A stretch of DNA of 64,000 nucleotides from Promethearchaeota archaeon. Its GTDB lineage: Archaea > Asgardarchaeota > Lokiarchaeia > Sigyniarchaeales > SOKP01. The translations under genes and the position numbers were made by a program. The notes beneath the pieces are model-generated. The model did no database searches, had not been told where the DNA came from, and worked only from the letters and a program-made list of their open reading frames with translations. Of this stretch, positions 29,489 to 40,083 are shown in pieces (within the stretch, counting starts at the first letter, position 1; the number at the start of each line of letters is the position of its first letter). The DNA lies in contig JAUVXW010000012.1 in NCBI GenBank assembly GCA_030603385.1, positions 28,015-92,014 of the forward strand, read 5' to 3'.

Positions 29489-30748
29489 GTGGTTATAATG
29501 AGTGAAGAGGAAACAAATATTGCTGAAATCAAATCAATTAAAGATTTTGTTAAGGATGGAAGAATTGATGATGCTGTAAACATTATAGCTCTTTATCTTG
29601 GCGATTCAACAGAAGAAAATTATATCGATCGACTAGAAAATATCTTGGAAGCACTTTTACATCTTCATGGGGGTAGAACTGTATTAAGGTTTTTACTTGA
29701 AAATTTAATTATTGATATTCCCTCTTTATTAGAAAATCTTTCTAAAAAAGATTCTGTTTTGAGATATACCTTTTTGTTATTATTAAAAACGATATGTGAA
29801 AATGAATGTGATTTATTCCTTCCCTACAGTGAAGACTTATTGAAGTCTGACGACCCAAATGTAAGGGAAGCAGATTTACAGTTAATAATTTACATGGCAG
29901 GTGGAGATGCAAAAATTGATGATGAATCTTTAATTAACACAATTGTTGAAAAATTGGCTGATGAAAAAGATTTTGTGGTTGAAAAGACAATACAAACTCT
30001 AATAACTATCGGTGGAAAATCTCCAACAATGGTGACAAAAATTTTAACTGATTATGCTAAGAAATCATCAGAAAATGAAGAATTAAAAAACTCTATTGAT
30101 ACTATTTTAAAATCAATAGTCACCGTTGAAAAAATAGAGGAAATCGTTGAGGATGAAAAGAGTAAATTAGAAACACCTTCTGAAGAGAGAGCTTTAGAAG
30201 TGCAACCACCTGTGGATTTAAAGAAAGAAGCATATAAGATCTTAGATAAAGAGTTTGAACTGAAAAAGAAAGAAATAGAGATAAAGAAAAAAAAATTAGA
30301 GTTAGAGGAAAAAGAGAAAGAAATTGAAGAGGAAGTATTGAAGTTAAAAGAAGAGATGTTGATAAAGGAAGGTGAATTTGGTGAGGAAACTGTAACTAAA
30401 GAAAAGCTCCCAAAAGTAAAACTTCCTAAAAAATTGAAAAAAGAAGAATCAGAAATCATTGATAAGGAGCTTGAATTAAAAAAGAAAGACCTTGAGATCA
30501 AAAAGAAAAAATTAGAAATTGAGGAAAAGGAGAAAGAATTAGAGGAAAAAGAAATTTTAGAGAGAGAAAAGGCTCTAAAATTAAAAGAGGAGCTAATTGA
30601 AAAGGAAAAGGAGTTATCTCAGGTGGAGTTAGAACTAAAGCAAAAAATTATTGAACAGAAAGAACAAAAGATTAAAGAAGAAGAAATGAAAAGAGTAGAA
30701 GAAGAAATGAAAAATATTCAACGAAAACTCGAAGAAGACGAAGATTAA
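29489..30748 (+). CDS. HEAT/ARM alpha-solenoid protein with long charged coiled-coil tail
   Basis: LSKKDSVLR, LKSDDPNVRE and LADEKDFVVE HEAT-like units; E/K-rich C-terminus with an internal duplication. Confidence 0.75.
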   Translation: MVIMSEEETNIAEIKSIKDFVKDGRIDDAVNIIALYLGDSTEENYIDRLENILEALLHLHGGRTVLRFLLENLIIDIPSLLENLSKKDSVLRYTFLLLLKTICENECDLFLPYSEDLLKSDDPNVREADLQLIIYMAGGDAKIDDESLINTIVEKLADEKDFVVEKTIQTLITIGGKSPTMVTKILTDYAKKSSENEELKNSIDTILKSIVTVEKIEEIVEDEKSKLETPSEERALEVQPPVDLKKEAYKILDKEFELKKKEIEIKKKKLELEEKEKEIEEEVLKLKEEMLIKEGEFGEETVTKEKLPKVKLPKKLKKEESEIIDKELELKKKDLEIKKKKLEIEEKEKELEEKEILEREKALKLKEELIEKEKELSQVELELKQKIIEQKEQKIKEEEMKRVEEEMKNIQRKLEEDED

Positions 30749-30757
30749 AACTAAATT

Positions 30758-31804
30758 TTATTCCTCCTTGCCGTTTTCCTCTAAATCATAATCTAAACTT
30801 GATTCAGGTTTATTTTCAGATATTGGCGCGGAATGTAATCTTCTTACTATTTTTCTTATATCCTCTACTTTAACACTCTCAGGAGGCAAACTTACCTGAA
30901 TTTTCTTAGCAAGATCATACGCAAGTTCTATATACTTCAGATCCTCGAGGAATTCAACAATTTGAATTTTAGTGTCATTATCCTCAAGCACTTCATTTCC
31001 ATACGCCATTAATTTTTCTTTTAGTATAATATCTATTTTATCAGTTCGCTCGTGATGTTTTATTTTATTAACAAGTTGCTTAAAACTATTCATTACATTA
31101 TACATTTCGGATTTTGCATAAGCATCAATATTTTTTAATACATAAAAGATATATAATTCTGCTTTCTCCCATCTTCTAAATCTAAGACTAACCTCAACTA
31201 ACTCTAATAGTCCTTGTTCATAAAGAAATTTACTATTAATATTAGGTACAATCTTATCGAAAATCCAATCAAGTAAATTCGGTTGATCAAACTTGTTTAT
31301 TATATCAATTAGAAACTTTTCAACTGAGTAATACAGCTTGGCATTTTCTGTTTTAGTGGATGAGAGAAATGAGACTAATGCATACTTGACTCTGCCCATC
31401 GCATCCTCTAAATTGACTGGTGTTTCAGCGAATTTATAGAAGGCTGATTCTAATATTGGTTGTATTTTATCCTTTGCCTCAAAATCATAAACAAAATATT
31501 CCCCCCATGCGGGACTGGGTTGAGCAGATTTTTTAGCTTTAATAGATTTTTTATCACCTGTGGCTTTAATGATTTTTGGCTGTTTTGCTTTTATTTTTTC
31601 AGAAAGTTCTTTTGCCAGTTCTTCAGTTATAAATTCCAAGATTATTTTATTCTTTTCTTTAGGAACACTTAGCTTAAAGAATACTTCTGAGTCTTCTTCA
31701 AATAATAACTCTCTTAGGTTTTTTGGAAATGTTATTCCTGTTTTTGTTTTTTTGATAATATCCTCAAAAATAGGGTCATCATTCGATTTCTGATTATCTG
31801 CCAT
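30758..31804 (-). CDS. Hypothetical protein: AbrB-like N-terminus plus alpha-helical repeat domain
   Basis: KTKTGITFPKNLRELL resembles the AbrB swapped hairpin; helical C-terminal region. Confidence 0.55.
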   Translation of the reverse strand: MADNQKSNDDPIFEDIIKKTKTGITFPKNLRELLFEEDSEVFFKLSVPKEKNKIILEFITEELAKELSEKIKAKQPKIIKATGDKKSIKAKKSAQPSPAWGEYFVYDFEAKDKIQPILESAFYKFAETPVNLEDAMGRVKYALVSFLSSTKTENAKLYYSVEKFLIDIINKFDQPNLLDWIFDKIVPNINSKFLYEQGLLELVEVSLRFRRWEKAELYIFYVLKNIDAYAKSEMYNVMNSFKQLVNKIKHHERTDKIDIILKEKLMAYGNEVLEDNDTKIQIVEFLEDLKYIELAYDLAKKIQVSLPPESVKVEDIRKIVRRLHSAPISENKPESSLDYDLEENGKEE

Positions 31805-31904
31805 AATAATTTAAAGGTTTAAAGGCTTAATAATTATTTCCAATCTTATTAACCTATAAATAAAAATGGAATTATAACGCAAATAAGTTTAGATTAATAA
31901 CCTT

Positions 31905-32501
31905 TTATCCAGTAATATTTACAAGTTCTACGCCACGATGATGAAAATTCTGATCTATAAAACATAATATAGCGTGACCTTCATGAACATACACAATAGG
32001 TACTGGATAAGAATCAGCATTTTCAATCATGCTTTTTTTAACAAATAAAGGAAGTACTGTTTTACATACTCGACATTCAACTTTGATTCTTTTTACTAAC
32101 CCCAAATCTGCAAAATTTTTTATAATGTCTTCTATAACTTCTTTAAATCCGTGAAACATTGCAGGAGTGAAGTCTCCATACGACATAATAACGTCTACAT
32201 CATACATTTCATGAAATTTAAAACTAACATGTTCTAGTAAAGCTTCTAATAGTTGAAATTGCACTTTAATACTGGCTCCAACAGTATAGAGGAGACTATC
32301 CTTCCGAATATAAGCCAATTTCATATTTCCTTTATCTCTATGGAAAAAAATATCACTTACAGGGTTTTTCTTAACTATATTTAGATCCAAATCAAATCTT
32401 CTGAAAGAATTCTCTGGTTTCCATTCAAATAAAGTAGATACTTCATTACTGATGTTAATAAATTCAAGAAATTCTCCGATATTTCTATAGACAGGCATCA
32501 A
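31905..32501 (-). CDS. Longin-like domain plus C-terminal CxxC/HxxH domain
   Basis: YIRKDSLLYTVG..LLEHVSFKFHEMY longin-like; CRVC..YPVPIVYVHEGHAIL.FID.NF..RGVE. Confidence 0.55.
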   Translation of the reverse strand: MMPVYRNIGEFLEFINISNEVSTLFEWKPENSFRRFDLDLNIVKKNPVSDIFFHRDKGNMKLAYIRKDSLLYTVGASIKVQFQLLEALLEHVSFKFHEMYDVDVIMSYGDFTPAMFHGFKEVIEDIIKNFADLGLVKRIKVECRVCKTVLPLFVKKSMIENADSYPVPIVYVHEGHAILCFIDQNFHHRGVELVNITG

Positions 32502-32664
32502 TTTAATTTAATCCAATTTAATTTAACAAAGTAATGATACTGAACATATTTATATCTTTCAATTACATTAAAAACTTTAAAAATCATCTTTCTTTGAATC
32601 AGATAAAATTATAAATTGTTTGTATATAGTATAAAAATAAAAAAAATTAAGGTGGATTTGAAAA

Positions 32665-33318
32665 ATGATTTATTTAGAACAAACTCTTAATATTACTCCG
32701 GCTAGCCCAGATATTCGTGACTCGTATATTAAAATCGCCCAAGAATTATTAGTTCCTGCTTGTAAGCGTCTTGGAGCACGTTTAGTAGCTGCTTGGAATG
32801 GGAATTACGAATGGGTTATGCAGACAACTCAAATATTTGAGTTTGATGATATAGAAGCCTTGAAGAATTTTCGCATTAATGCTAGTCAGGATAGAGAATG
32901 GGGTGAATATACGGCTCAATTAGAGGTTTTTGCTCCAGAACGTCGCACTCGATTACTAGAACCAATAGGTGCAGTCCCACCAGAAGTACTGCATGAAGCA
33001 ATAGAAGAAAGCCAGAAATCACCACTCAAAGTTTACAGTATGGCGATTCTCGAAGTAAACCCCGGTAAAATGTCTGATTTTATCGCGGGAGTATCTGCAG
33101 GATATAAAGTTGTTCCGATTATCGCTAGTTGGCGCCCAATTGCAGGAAGCCCAAATCAAGTAATTGATTTATGGAAGGGAGATGTGTTATTTAGTGCTGA
33201 AGCTATGGCTTATCGTCCTTTTAGTAATGATCAACAATGGGTTCGACAACTTCGAGAAAATGCCCCGAAAGAAAGAATTGTTCCCTTATATACATTACCG
33301 TATTCTCCACTGAGGTAA
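32665..33318 (+). CDS. NIPSNAP family protein
   Basis: Duplicated dimeric alpha-beta barrel pattern; GARLVAAW; ends PYSPLR. Confidence 0.8.
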   Translation: MIYLEQTLNITPASPDIRDSYIKIAQELLVPACKRLGARLVAAWNGNYEWVMQTTQIFEFDDIEALKNFRINASQDREWGEYTAQLEVFAPERRTRLLEPIGAVPPEVLHEAIEESQKSPLKVYSMAILEVNPGKMSDFIAGVSAGYKVVPIIASWRPIAGSPNQVIDLWKGDVLFSAEAMAYRPFSNDQQWVRQLRENAPKERIVPLYTLPYSPLR

Positions 33319-33453
33319 GTTTTATAATAATTCCTAAAAGTTCTTTTTTTCTATTTTCCTTTTTATTTTGAGACATCATATTATGTAAAAATTTTAGTCT
33401 TGTCTTAATTTGTTAAAGTTGAAATTCAATAGTATAGAATGAGGTAAGCTTAG

Positions 33454-34296
33454 TTGAATAAAAAAAAACTCAAAAGAGATTTGGATTCATATCATGAAAC
33501 TCAAAGAGCCGAAGAATACAAAAATTTAACTTTTACTGTAATATTAGTGCGCCCTGAGCATGCTGGAAATATAGGATCCATAGCTCGTGTCATGAGAAAT
33601 TTTAATTTCTCTAAATTAATAGTATTTAATCCAATTGAGAACAAGGAAAATATATTCAGCTATGAAACTCAGGGATTTGCCATGCACGGAAAAAATATTC
33701 TAATGAATGCCGATATTAAAGAAGTAGAAGATCAAGACAATCATTTGTCAGAATATAAGAAACTACTTACCCAATTTGATTTGGTCATTGCTACTACAGC
33801 GAAGGGTGAGAAAAATTATAATATAAAGAGATTAGCAATATTTCCAATGGATTTCTCACTACCAAATTCAGTTCAACCCTTAAACATCGCAATTTTATTT
33901 GGAAGAGAATCTCGAGGATTAACTAATGATGAGATTAGCCTTGCTGATATCTTACTAAGAATACCTACAGGTCTAGATTATCCTGCTTTAAATATATCAC
34001 ACGCTTGTGGCGTAATACTATATGAATTATTTAAAAAGGTAAATACTATAAACATCGGAAGAGGAAAAAATCCTGTTTTATTGGCAAGCAGAGATGATCG
34101 TCAAATACTTCTGAGTATGGTCAAAAATATAATCAAAAAACTTAAAGTACGAACCCATAAGAAAGAACATGTATATTTTGCATTTAGAAATATCTTTGAG
34201 CGTACTTTTATGTCAAGAAAGGAATTAGGCTTAATAACAGGTGTTTTTTCAAAAGTAAATAAGATTTTAGAAAGTTTGGACCTATATGAAGAATAG
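33454..34296 (+). CDS. trmJ: TrmJ/LasT-family SPOUT RNA methyltransferase
   Basis: VRPEHAGNIGSIARVMRNF, FGRESRGLTNDE, IPT..YPALNISHA. Confidence 0.88.
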   Translation: MNKKKLKRDLDSYHETQRAEEYKNLTFTVILVRPEHAGNIGSIARVMRNFNFSKLIVFNPIENKENIFSYETQGFAMHGKNILMNADIKEVEDQDNHLSEYKKLLTQFDLVIATTAKGEKNYNIKRLAIFPMDFSLPNSVQPLNIAILFGRESRGLTNDEISLADILLRIPTGLDYPALNISHACGVILYELFKKVNTINIGRGKNPVLLASRDDRQILLSMVKNIIKKLKVRTHKKEHVYFAFRNIFERTFMSRKELGLITGVFSKVNKILESLDLYEE

Positions 34297-34560
34297 ATTT
34301 TTTTCATTTATTGAATTTTGACTAAAACAGAGAAAAAGAAAAGCTACTTATAAAATATAAGATTTATTCCTTAAATTATTATAGGGACTCATAGTATTTA
34401 AATCTTTCGGTTCAATGATAAAGGAACTATGCACTCTCCTAAGAAGAATGTAAAAATTTAAATATTTAGTGGTTCTAGTATATTACTTAACAGATCCATT
34501 ATAAAATGTAAATTATTCCAAATTTTACTTTACTTTCATTTGAATTGAACTTTACAGAGG

Positions 34561-36369
34561 GTGAGAAAAGTAAAAAATAATAATGAAGACAAAAGCACTA
34601 TTCGGAAATTGTTCGGGTATTTCTCATTAAAAAGGCGTATCTTACTTTTAACAATAGCATGTGCAACTATGTGGGCAATTATCCGGGCAATATCGCCTTA
34701 TATTACAGGTCTAGCATTTGATGTAATATACAATAGCCTGGATAAAGGTGAATCAGTTAACATAACGATTCGGGCATATATATTGATTCTCACTCTTATG
34801 GCGGTATCAGCATTCCTGGCCCAAGGTCTTGCGATATTTTTTGGGGGGAACTTACATCAAGGAATCTATAAAGAACTTAGGGGGGATGTATTTGACTCAC
34901 TTCAAAGACAATCACATAAATATTTTGGTGATCATAGTACTGGGGAACTCATTTCTAGGTCCACCTCAGATATACAGCGAGCAACAGAAATCTTCTGGGC
35001 AATACCCATCAGTGGCACATTAATGATTGTCGAATTTACAGTACTTATATCGTTGTTATTTATTATCAACTTTTTAATCGGAATCATCTGTGTGATTTCT
35101 CTACCAATGATGTGGTTTATAACAAGACATTTTAAGAAAAAGTTCTGGCCAATATATTTTGAAGCTCGAGAACAAATTGGCATACTCAACAAAGTTATGG
35201 CAGAAAATATCGCCGGAGCGATTGTTTCACGAGTTTTTGACGCGAGAAAGAAAGATCTTATGCGATTAGATAGAGATAATTCGCAATACCGAGATTTTAT
35301 GATTAAATCACATAAGTATTATGCACTGGTTTGGCCTCAAATGCTTTTAATTGGAGGGATTGTAGTTTCAATTGTAATATTATTCGGGGGATCCTTAGTC
35401 ATGAACAACGAGATGACAGCTGGAAGCTTTATCGCAGCTATAATGCTCTCTGGACGCCTTTTTATACCAATAGATAATGGTACCCGCGTTGGAGTTTGGT
35501 TAGGCATAGCTCAAGCAACAGGAAGGAGAGTTTTTGAGGTAATTGAAAATATCCCCGTGATAATGGACGATCCAGAAGCAATCACCCTCCCAGAAGATGG
35601 AGAAGGTGAAATTAGTTTTGAAGGCGTGAGTTTTGGTTATAGGAAAGAACCAGTATTAGAAGGGATTACATTGTCAATTCCCGCGGGAAGTACTCTAGCC
35701 CTCTTAGGTGGAACGGGTTCTGGGAAGAGTTCATTGATCAATTTGATCCCGAGGTTCTATGATGTTACGACAGGGGCTGTAAAAATAGATGGGATTGATG
35801 TTCGGAACTTGAAGCTGGAATCAATAAGGAGGAGAATTGGTTTTTGTGATCAAGAAACATTTCTTTTTTCTAGAAGTATTGGAGAAAATATCGCATTTGG
35901 GAATCAGCAGGCAACAAAAGAAGAGATCATTCAAGTTGCAAAGATATCTCAAATTCATGAATTCATTGAAAGTCTTCCTGATGGATATGATACTATAATT
36001 GGAGAACGAGGAGTAACTTTAAGTGGAGGCCAGAGACAACGCCTTTCCATTGCCCGTGCACTTCTCGCTGATCCATTAATAGTAGTTTTTGACGACATAC
36101 TCTCAGCAGTTGACATTAAAACGGAGAGAAAAATCCAAGATGCGCTAGAAGCATTGTTGAAGAACCGAACAACAATTTTCATAACTCAACGCCTCTCAAC
36201 AATAAAATTTACAGATTGGATTGTGATAATGGATAAAGGAATTATTGCAGAGCAAGGAACGCATACCGACCTGCTCTCTAAAAATGGTATATATAAACGC
36301 CTTTTTGAAACCCAAATCGATGGAGTTTTAAATCTCGAGATAATTGAAGAAGTGGAGGATGAAACCTGA
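34561..36369 (+). CDS. ABC exporter half-transporter (TMD+NBD)
   Basis: Walker A GGTGSGKS, LSGGQRQR; degenerate Walker B (FDD) and switch (TQR). Confidence 0.93.
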   Translation: MRKVKNNNEDKSTIRKLFGYFSLKRRILLLTIACATMWAIIRAISPYITGLAFDVIYNSLDKGESVNITIRAYILILTLMAVSAFLAQGLAIFFGGNLHQGIYKELRGDVFDSLQRQSHKYFGDHSTGELISRSTSDIQRATEIFWAIPISGTLMIVEFTVLISLLFIINFLIGIICVISLPMMWFITRHFKKKFWPIYFEAREQIGILNKVMAENIAGAIVSRVFDARKKDLMRLDRDNSQYRDFMIKSHKYYALVWPQMLLIGGIVVSIVILFGGSLVMNNEMTAGSFIAAIMLSGRLFIPIDNGTRVGVWLGIAQATGRRVFEVIENIPVIMDDPEAITLPEDGEGEISFEGVSFGYRKEPVLEGITLSIPAGSTLALLGGTGSGKSSLINLIPRFYDVTTGAVKIDGIDVRNLKLESIRRRIGFCDQETFLFSRSIGENIAFGNQQATKEEIIQVAKISQIHEFIESLPDGYDTIIGERGVTLSGGQRQRLSIARALLADPLIVVFDDILSAVDIKTERKIQDALEALLKNRTTIFITQRLSTIKFTDWIVIMDKGIIAEQGTHTDLLSKNGIYKRLFETQIDGVLNLEIIEEVEDET

Positions 36370-38140
36370 AATGGGATCTGATGAAGAAAAACCCAAAAGA
36401 ACTTTCTCTGACAAATTTTTAATAAAACGTTTGTTAAAATATCTCTTTATTCACAAGAAACTGATGTGGATTGCAATATTAATGATGATTATCCAAACAG
36501 TATTTTTTGCGTTAGGACCATACCTGATAAAGATAATTCTCGATAATTATATTGGTCAAAAGAGGAGATCAGAGTTTTTAGTGATTGGGTTTTTATATCT
36601 TGTTGTGGTAATTCTACGTTTTATCCCGATGTATATTCAGAGATGGGTTCTCTTGATTGCCGGTGAAAAAACGATTTATAGGTTAAGAAGAGATACTTAC
36701 GAGAAACTACAAGATAATAGTATGGACTATTTTGACAAGACACCAACGGGGGATTCACTAGCTCGAATGACAAGTGATATTGCTTCTATTCAACCTTTGC
36801 TGTCTGGAGAGTTTTTGATAGCTTTTACATCTCTTTTTATGGTAATAGGAGGACTTATCGTCTGCTTCTCAATTTCTTTCCCATTAACACTTCTTACATT
36901 GTCGGTCTTCCCGGTTATAATTATATGGGCCATTTTTCAACAGCGTTTCGTTCGAAATAAATGGGACGATTATAGAAATTTTAATGCAAAATATATCGCC
37001 TCAATGGCGGAAAGTATTTCTGGAGCACGAGTTTCACAATCTTTTGCACGATCTGAGCATAATCGTATAGATTTTGATAAAATTAATGAAGAATATTACC
37101 ATAAAGGGTTAAGTGCTTTCCGTTGGAGTAGTATTTTTAATCCATTTTATCAAACCTATACTAAGCTGACAATTGTTCTAGTATTATTTGTTGGTGGAAG
37201 CATGACGCTACAAACCCAAGGAGTTGTAACGGTAGGAAGCCTTGTTCTTTTTATCCTGTACCTCAATCAATTTCTCGATCCACTAATGATTATCACAGGA
37301 TTATATGCCCTTATCCAGACTTCTTTTTCGGCATTTGAACGTATTGTCATCTTACTTGATACTCCCCAATCAATAACGGAAATTATCGACGCTAAACCAT
37401 TATTTTGTCATTCTGGAAAAATAGACATAAATAAAGTTACATTTTCTTATGATGCAGGTGAAACAATTGTGTTAGATGATTTCACCCTCTCTATTCCGCC
37501 TAACGAATGTATAGCGATTGTTGGAGAAACCGGTTCAGGAAAAACGACAATTATAAGTCTCATCTCGAGGTTATATGATATTCAGACCGGTTCCATCCAA
37601 ATTGACGGGCAGGATATCAGAAATGTGACACTTTCTTCACTCCGAAAATCAATAGGAGTTGTTCTACAAGAACCCTTCCTTTTCTCAGAATCCGTTCGAT
37701 ACAATTTATGTTATGGAAAAGAAGCTTCTGATGAAGAAATTAAAAATGTTTTGAAATTAATCAGTGCTGAGTTCGTCTACGATTTATCTGACGGACTTGA
37801 CACGAAGGTGGGCGAAAGAGGCGGTTGGCTTTCTTTGGGGCAGCGACAGTTAATTTCCTTTGCCCGTGCCCTCATTACAAATCCAAAAATCATATTGCTG
37901 GATGAGGCAACCTCTTCAATTGATCCTCAGGCTGAGCTCCGAATCCAGCGTGCACTATCCAAAATGCTCAAAGATCGAACTTCCATCATCATCGCTCACC
38001 GATTAAGTACTGTCCGAGCTGCTGATAGGATCATCGTACTCGACGCGGGAAAAATCATTGAAGAAGGAACCTTTGACGAACTTCTTGCACAGAAAGGAGA
38101 GTTTTACAACCTTTACAAGCTTCAATTCAGGCAGGAATGA
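36344..38140 (+). CDS. ABC exporter half-transporter (TMD+NBD), heterodimer partner
   Basis: GETGSGKT, LSLGQRQ, LLDEATS, IAHR; true start probably an internal ATG (36359 or 36370). Confidence 0.93.
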   Translation: MKKWRMKPEMGSDEEKPKRTFSDKFLIKRLLKYLFIHKKLMWIAILMMIIQTVFFALGPYLIKIILDNYIGQKRRSEFLVIGFLYLVVVILRFIPMYIQRWVLLIAGEKTIYRLRRDTYEKLQDNSMDYFDKTPTGDSLARMTSDIASIQPLLSGEFLIAFTSLFMVIGGLIVCFSISFPLTLLTLSVFPVIIIWAIFQQRFVRNKWDDYRNFNAKYIASMAESISGARVSQSFARSEHNRIDFDKINEEYYHKGLSAFRWSSIFNPFYQTYTKLTIVLVLFVGGSMTLQTQGVVTVGSLVLFILYLNQFLDPLMIITGLYALIQTSFSAFERIVILLDTPQSITEIIDAKPLFCHSGKIDINKVTFSYDAGETIVLDDFTLSIPPNECIAIVGETGSGKTTIISLISRLYDIQTGSIQIDGQDIRNVTLSSLRKSIGVVLQEPFLFSESVRYNLCYGKEASDEEIKNVLKLISAEFVYDLSDGLDTKVGERGGWLSLGQRQLISFARALITNPKIILLDEATSSIDPQAELRIQRALSKMLKDRTSIIIAHRLSTVRAADRIIVLDAGKIIEEGTFDELLAQKGEFYNLYKLQFRQE

Positions 38141-38234
38141 ATAAACAATCAAAATCATGATTATTAAGCTCTAAAAAATTGGACTCCTATTCTTTAATAT
38201 AGATTTTTTAATTCTTTAAAATTAGTGAAAATAT

Positions 38235-38693
38235 TTGAATGGTAATAAAACTCTTATAGCCTATGTAACCAAATCAGGAGTGACTGGGGAAAATGCTGAA
38301 ATTATTTCACATATCCTAAGAGAGCACTATGGATTAGAAGTTAATCTAGTTAATCTTAAGAAAAATTCAAAACCCGATCTTTCTCAATATGACAACGTAA
38401 TTATTGGTAGTGGAATTAGAATGGGAATGTGGTATGGGAAAGCTAATAAATTTCTTAAAAATGATTTTAAAGATAAAAAGGTAGCAATCTTTTTATCATC
38501 TGGCACTGCAGGGGATCTTGAAACCTATCAAGAGGCGATCACAAAATACATCAACAAAAAATTAACCAAAAATCCACATGTCAAACCAGTATTAACTGAA
38601 GCATTTGGGGGAAGATATTCCAATTTTGATTATACAGATCCAGAGAAGGTTAAGGCATGGGCAATAGAATTAGGAAAAAAACTTAATGTGTAA
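38235..38693 (+). CDS. Flavodoxin-domain protein (HemG-like)
   Basis: AYVTKSGVT, YDNVIIGSGIRMG, AFGG..D.EKVKAWA. Confidence 0.85.
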   Translation: MNGNKTLIAYVTKSGVTGENAEIISHILREHYGLEVNLVNLKKNSKPDLSQYDNVIIGSGIRMGMWYGKANKFLKNDFKDKKVAIFLSSGTAGDLETYQEAITKYINKKLTKNPHVKPVLTEAFGGRYSNFDYTDPEKVKAWAIELGKKLNV

Positions 38694-38696
38694 ACA

Positions 38697-39893
38697 TTAT
38701 AGATTTATATAGATTTCTGTTAGCTCTCGATAATGGGGAGGGCAGCCCGAAACATGTGTAGCATCTGGATATAATCGAGATACTTCTTTTGTACAGTTTC
38801 CGCAAAATAGAAGAACACCATGATCGTCAGGAATATCCTTTTCTTCAGTTCTTCCTATAAAAAAATCAATTCTTTCGTACTTTTTATTTCTCTCTTTTAA
38901 TTTCTCTCTTAATTCTGGATTGAAAGCGATTTTTCTATTCATTCGAGTTAAAGTCATTTGACATCCTGTGCATGTCCACATAGATGAGTGATGATACATA
39001 TTCCCATAGGGTTTAGTACGTTTGACTGGTCTTTTAAATGGTTCTTCACAGTCTAAAGGTAGACTACCCGGTGCTAGAGAAACATTAACTTTTGGCAAGT
39101 GTTCTACAAGATCCACGGGAATACCCATAATTTGACAACAAGCATTGTCTACTTCTACCATATCAGTTCCTCCAATACAAATATTCAATTTTTTCACCCA
39201 AGTTAAACCAGGATTTGTGGTAGGTCCGTTTCCCTCTAAAGCAAGAGTGGCATCACAAATAGTAAGCTCAGGTTGTACTAAGTTCCCCAATTCAAAAATG
39301 CACTCATGTAGATTACTATGGTATACATCGTTTTTATCTCTAAATCCAAGATGGAACTTTTTCTTATTTTTCAAAAGAAGAAGACCTTTTTGATTTTTAA
39401 GTCCTAAAGTAACCATACATGTACCATGAGTTTTCATCTTAGGTAGATTAATATAACTGTGCGTTTTTAAAAGAGAAGGAAGTTTTAATTTATATGGCGG
39501 GAATTTCCATTTATACTCATCTAAATCTTCATATTCCAAATTAACGAGACTTAAAGGAACACTATATTTTTCTTTTAAATTCTCAACCATTTTCTCATAA
39601 CCTGATGTTTCAATAAGGCTTTGAAAATTTTCTGGTTTTTCAGAAAAATAACCCGAGTTTTCCCCAATAACAAATTCTTCTATATCAAACTTGTCTTTAA
39701 GCGCTAAAATTAAACCAGCACATACTATAGGATCTACATCTACAGCATGACTTGGTGGTAAAGCATCAACAACGTTTGGTTTCAAAAAAATTCGCGGTTT
39801 TGATGGTTTATAACCAAGTTGCTCAATTAATTTTTCCATAGCTTGTTTAACATCATCTAATGATTCTGGATCTACTTGAATAATAGTTATCAT
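38697..39893 (-). CDS. DUF362-family Fe-S protein
   Basis: LKPN, INLPKMKTH..TLGLKN.KG, EGNGP, CTGC, CGNC, GCPP. Confidence 0.85.
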   Translation of the reverse strand: MITIIQVDPESLDDVKQAMEKLIEQLGYKPSKPRIFLKPNVVDALPPSHAVDVDPIVCAGLILALKDKFDIEEFVIGENSGYFSEKPENFQSLIETSGYEKMVENLKEKYSVPLSLVNLEYEDLDEYKWKFPPYKLKLPSLLKTHSYINLPKMKTHGTCMVTLGLKNQKGLLLLKNKKKFHLGFRDKNDVYHSNLHECIFELGNLVQPELTICDATLALEGNGPTTNPGLTWVKKLNICIGGTDMVEVDNACCQIMGIPVDLVEHLPKVNVSLAPGSLPLDCEEPFKRPVKRTKPYGNMYHHSSMWTCTGCQMTLTRMNRKIAFNPELREKLKERNKKYERIDFFIGRTEEKDIPDDHGVLLFCGNCTKEVSRLYPDATHVSGCPPHYRELTEIYINL

Positions 39894-40083
39894 TTTAAAT
39901 TCACTACTTCAAAATATATTTTCAAAAATTAAAAGATTTGCACTACATGAATCATGCTTAAGCCTTGGTTTTGGTATGTATTTCATACTTCTCTTGCTTC
40001 AGCACAAAGTTCCAGTATTTGTATTAATATTAAATAATATTCAACTATTAGAAATATTAAATTAAAAAAAACTTGGGATATTT

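Noticed and set aside
38697-39893. Selenoprotein/SECIS possibility for the redox genes
   Set aside because: Cys motifs are encoded as Cys, with no in-frame TGA; no convincing SECIS seen
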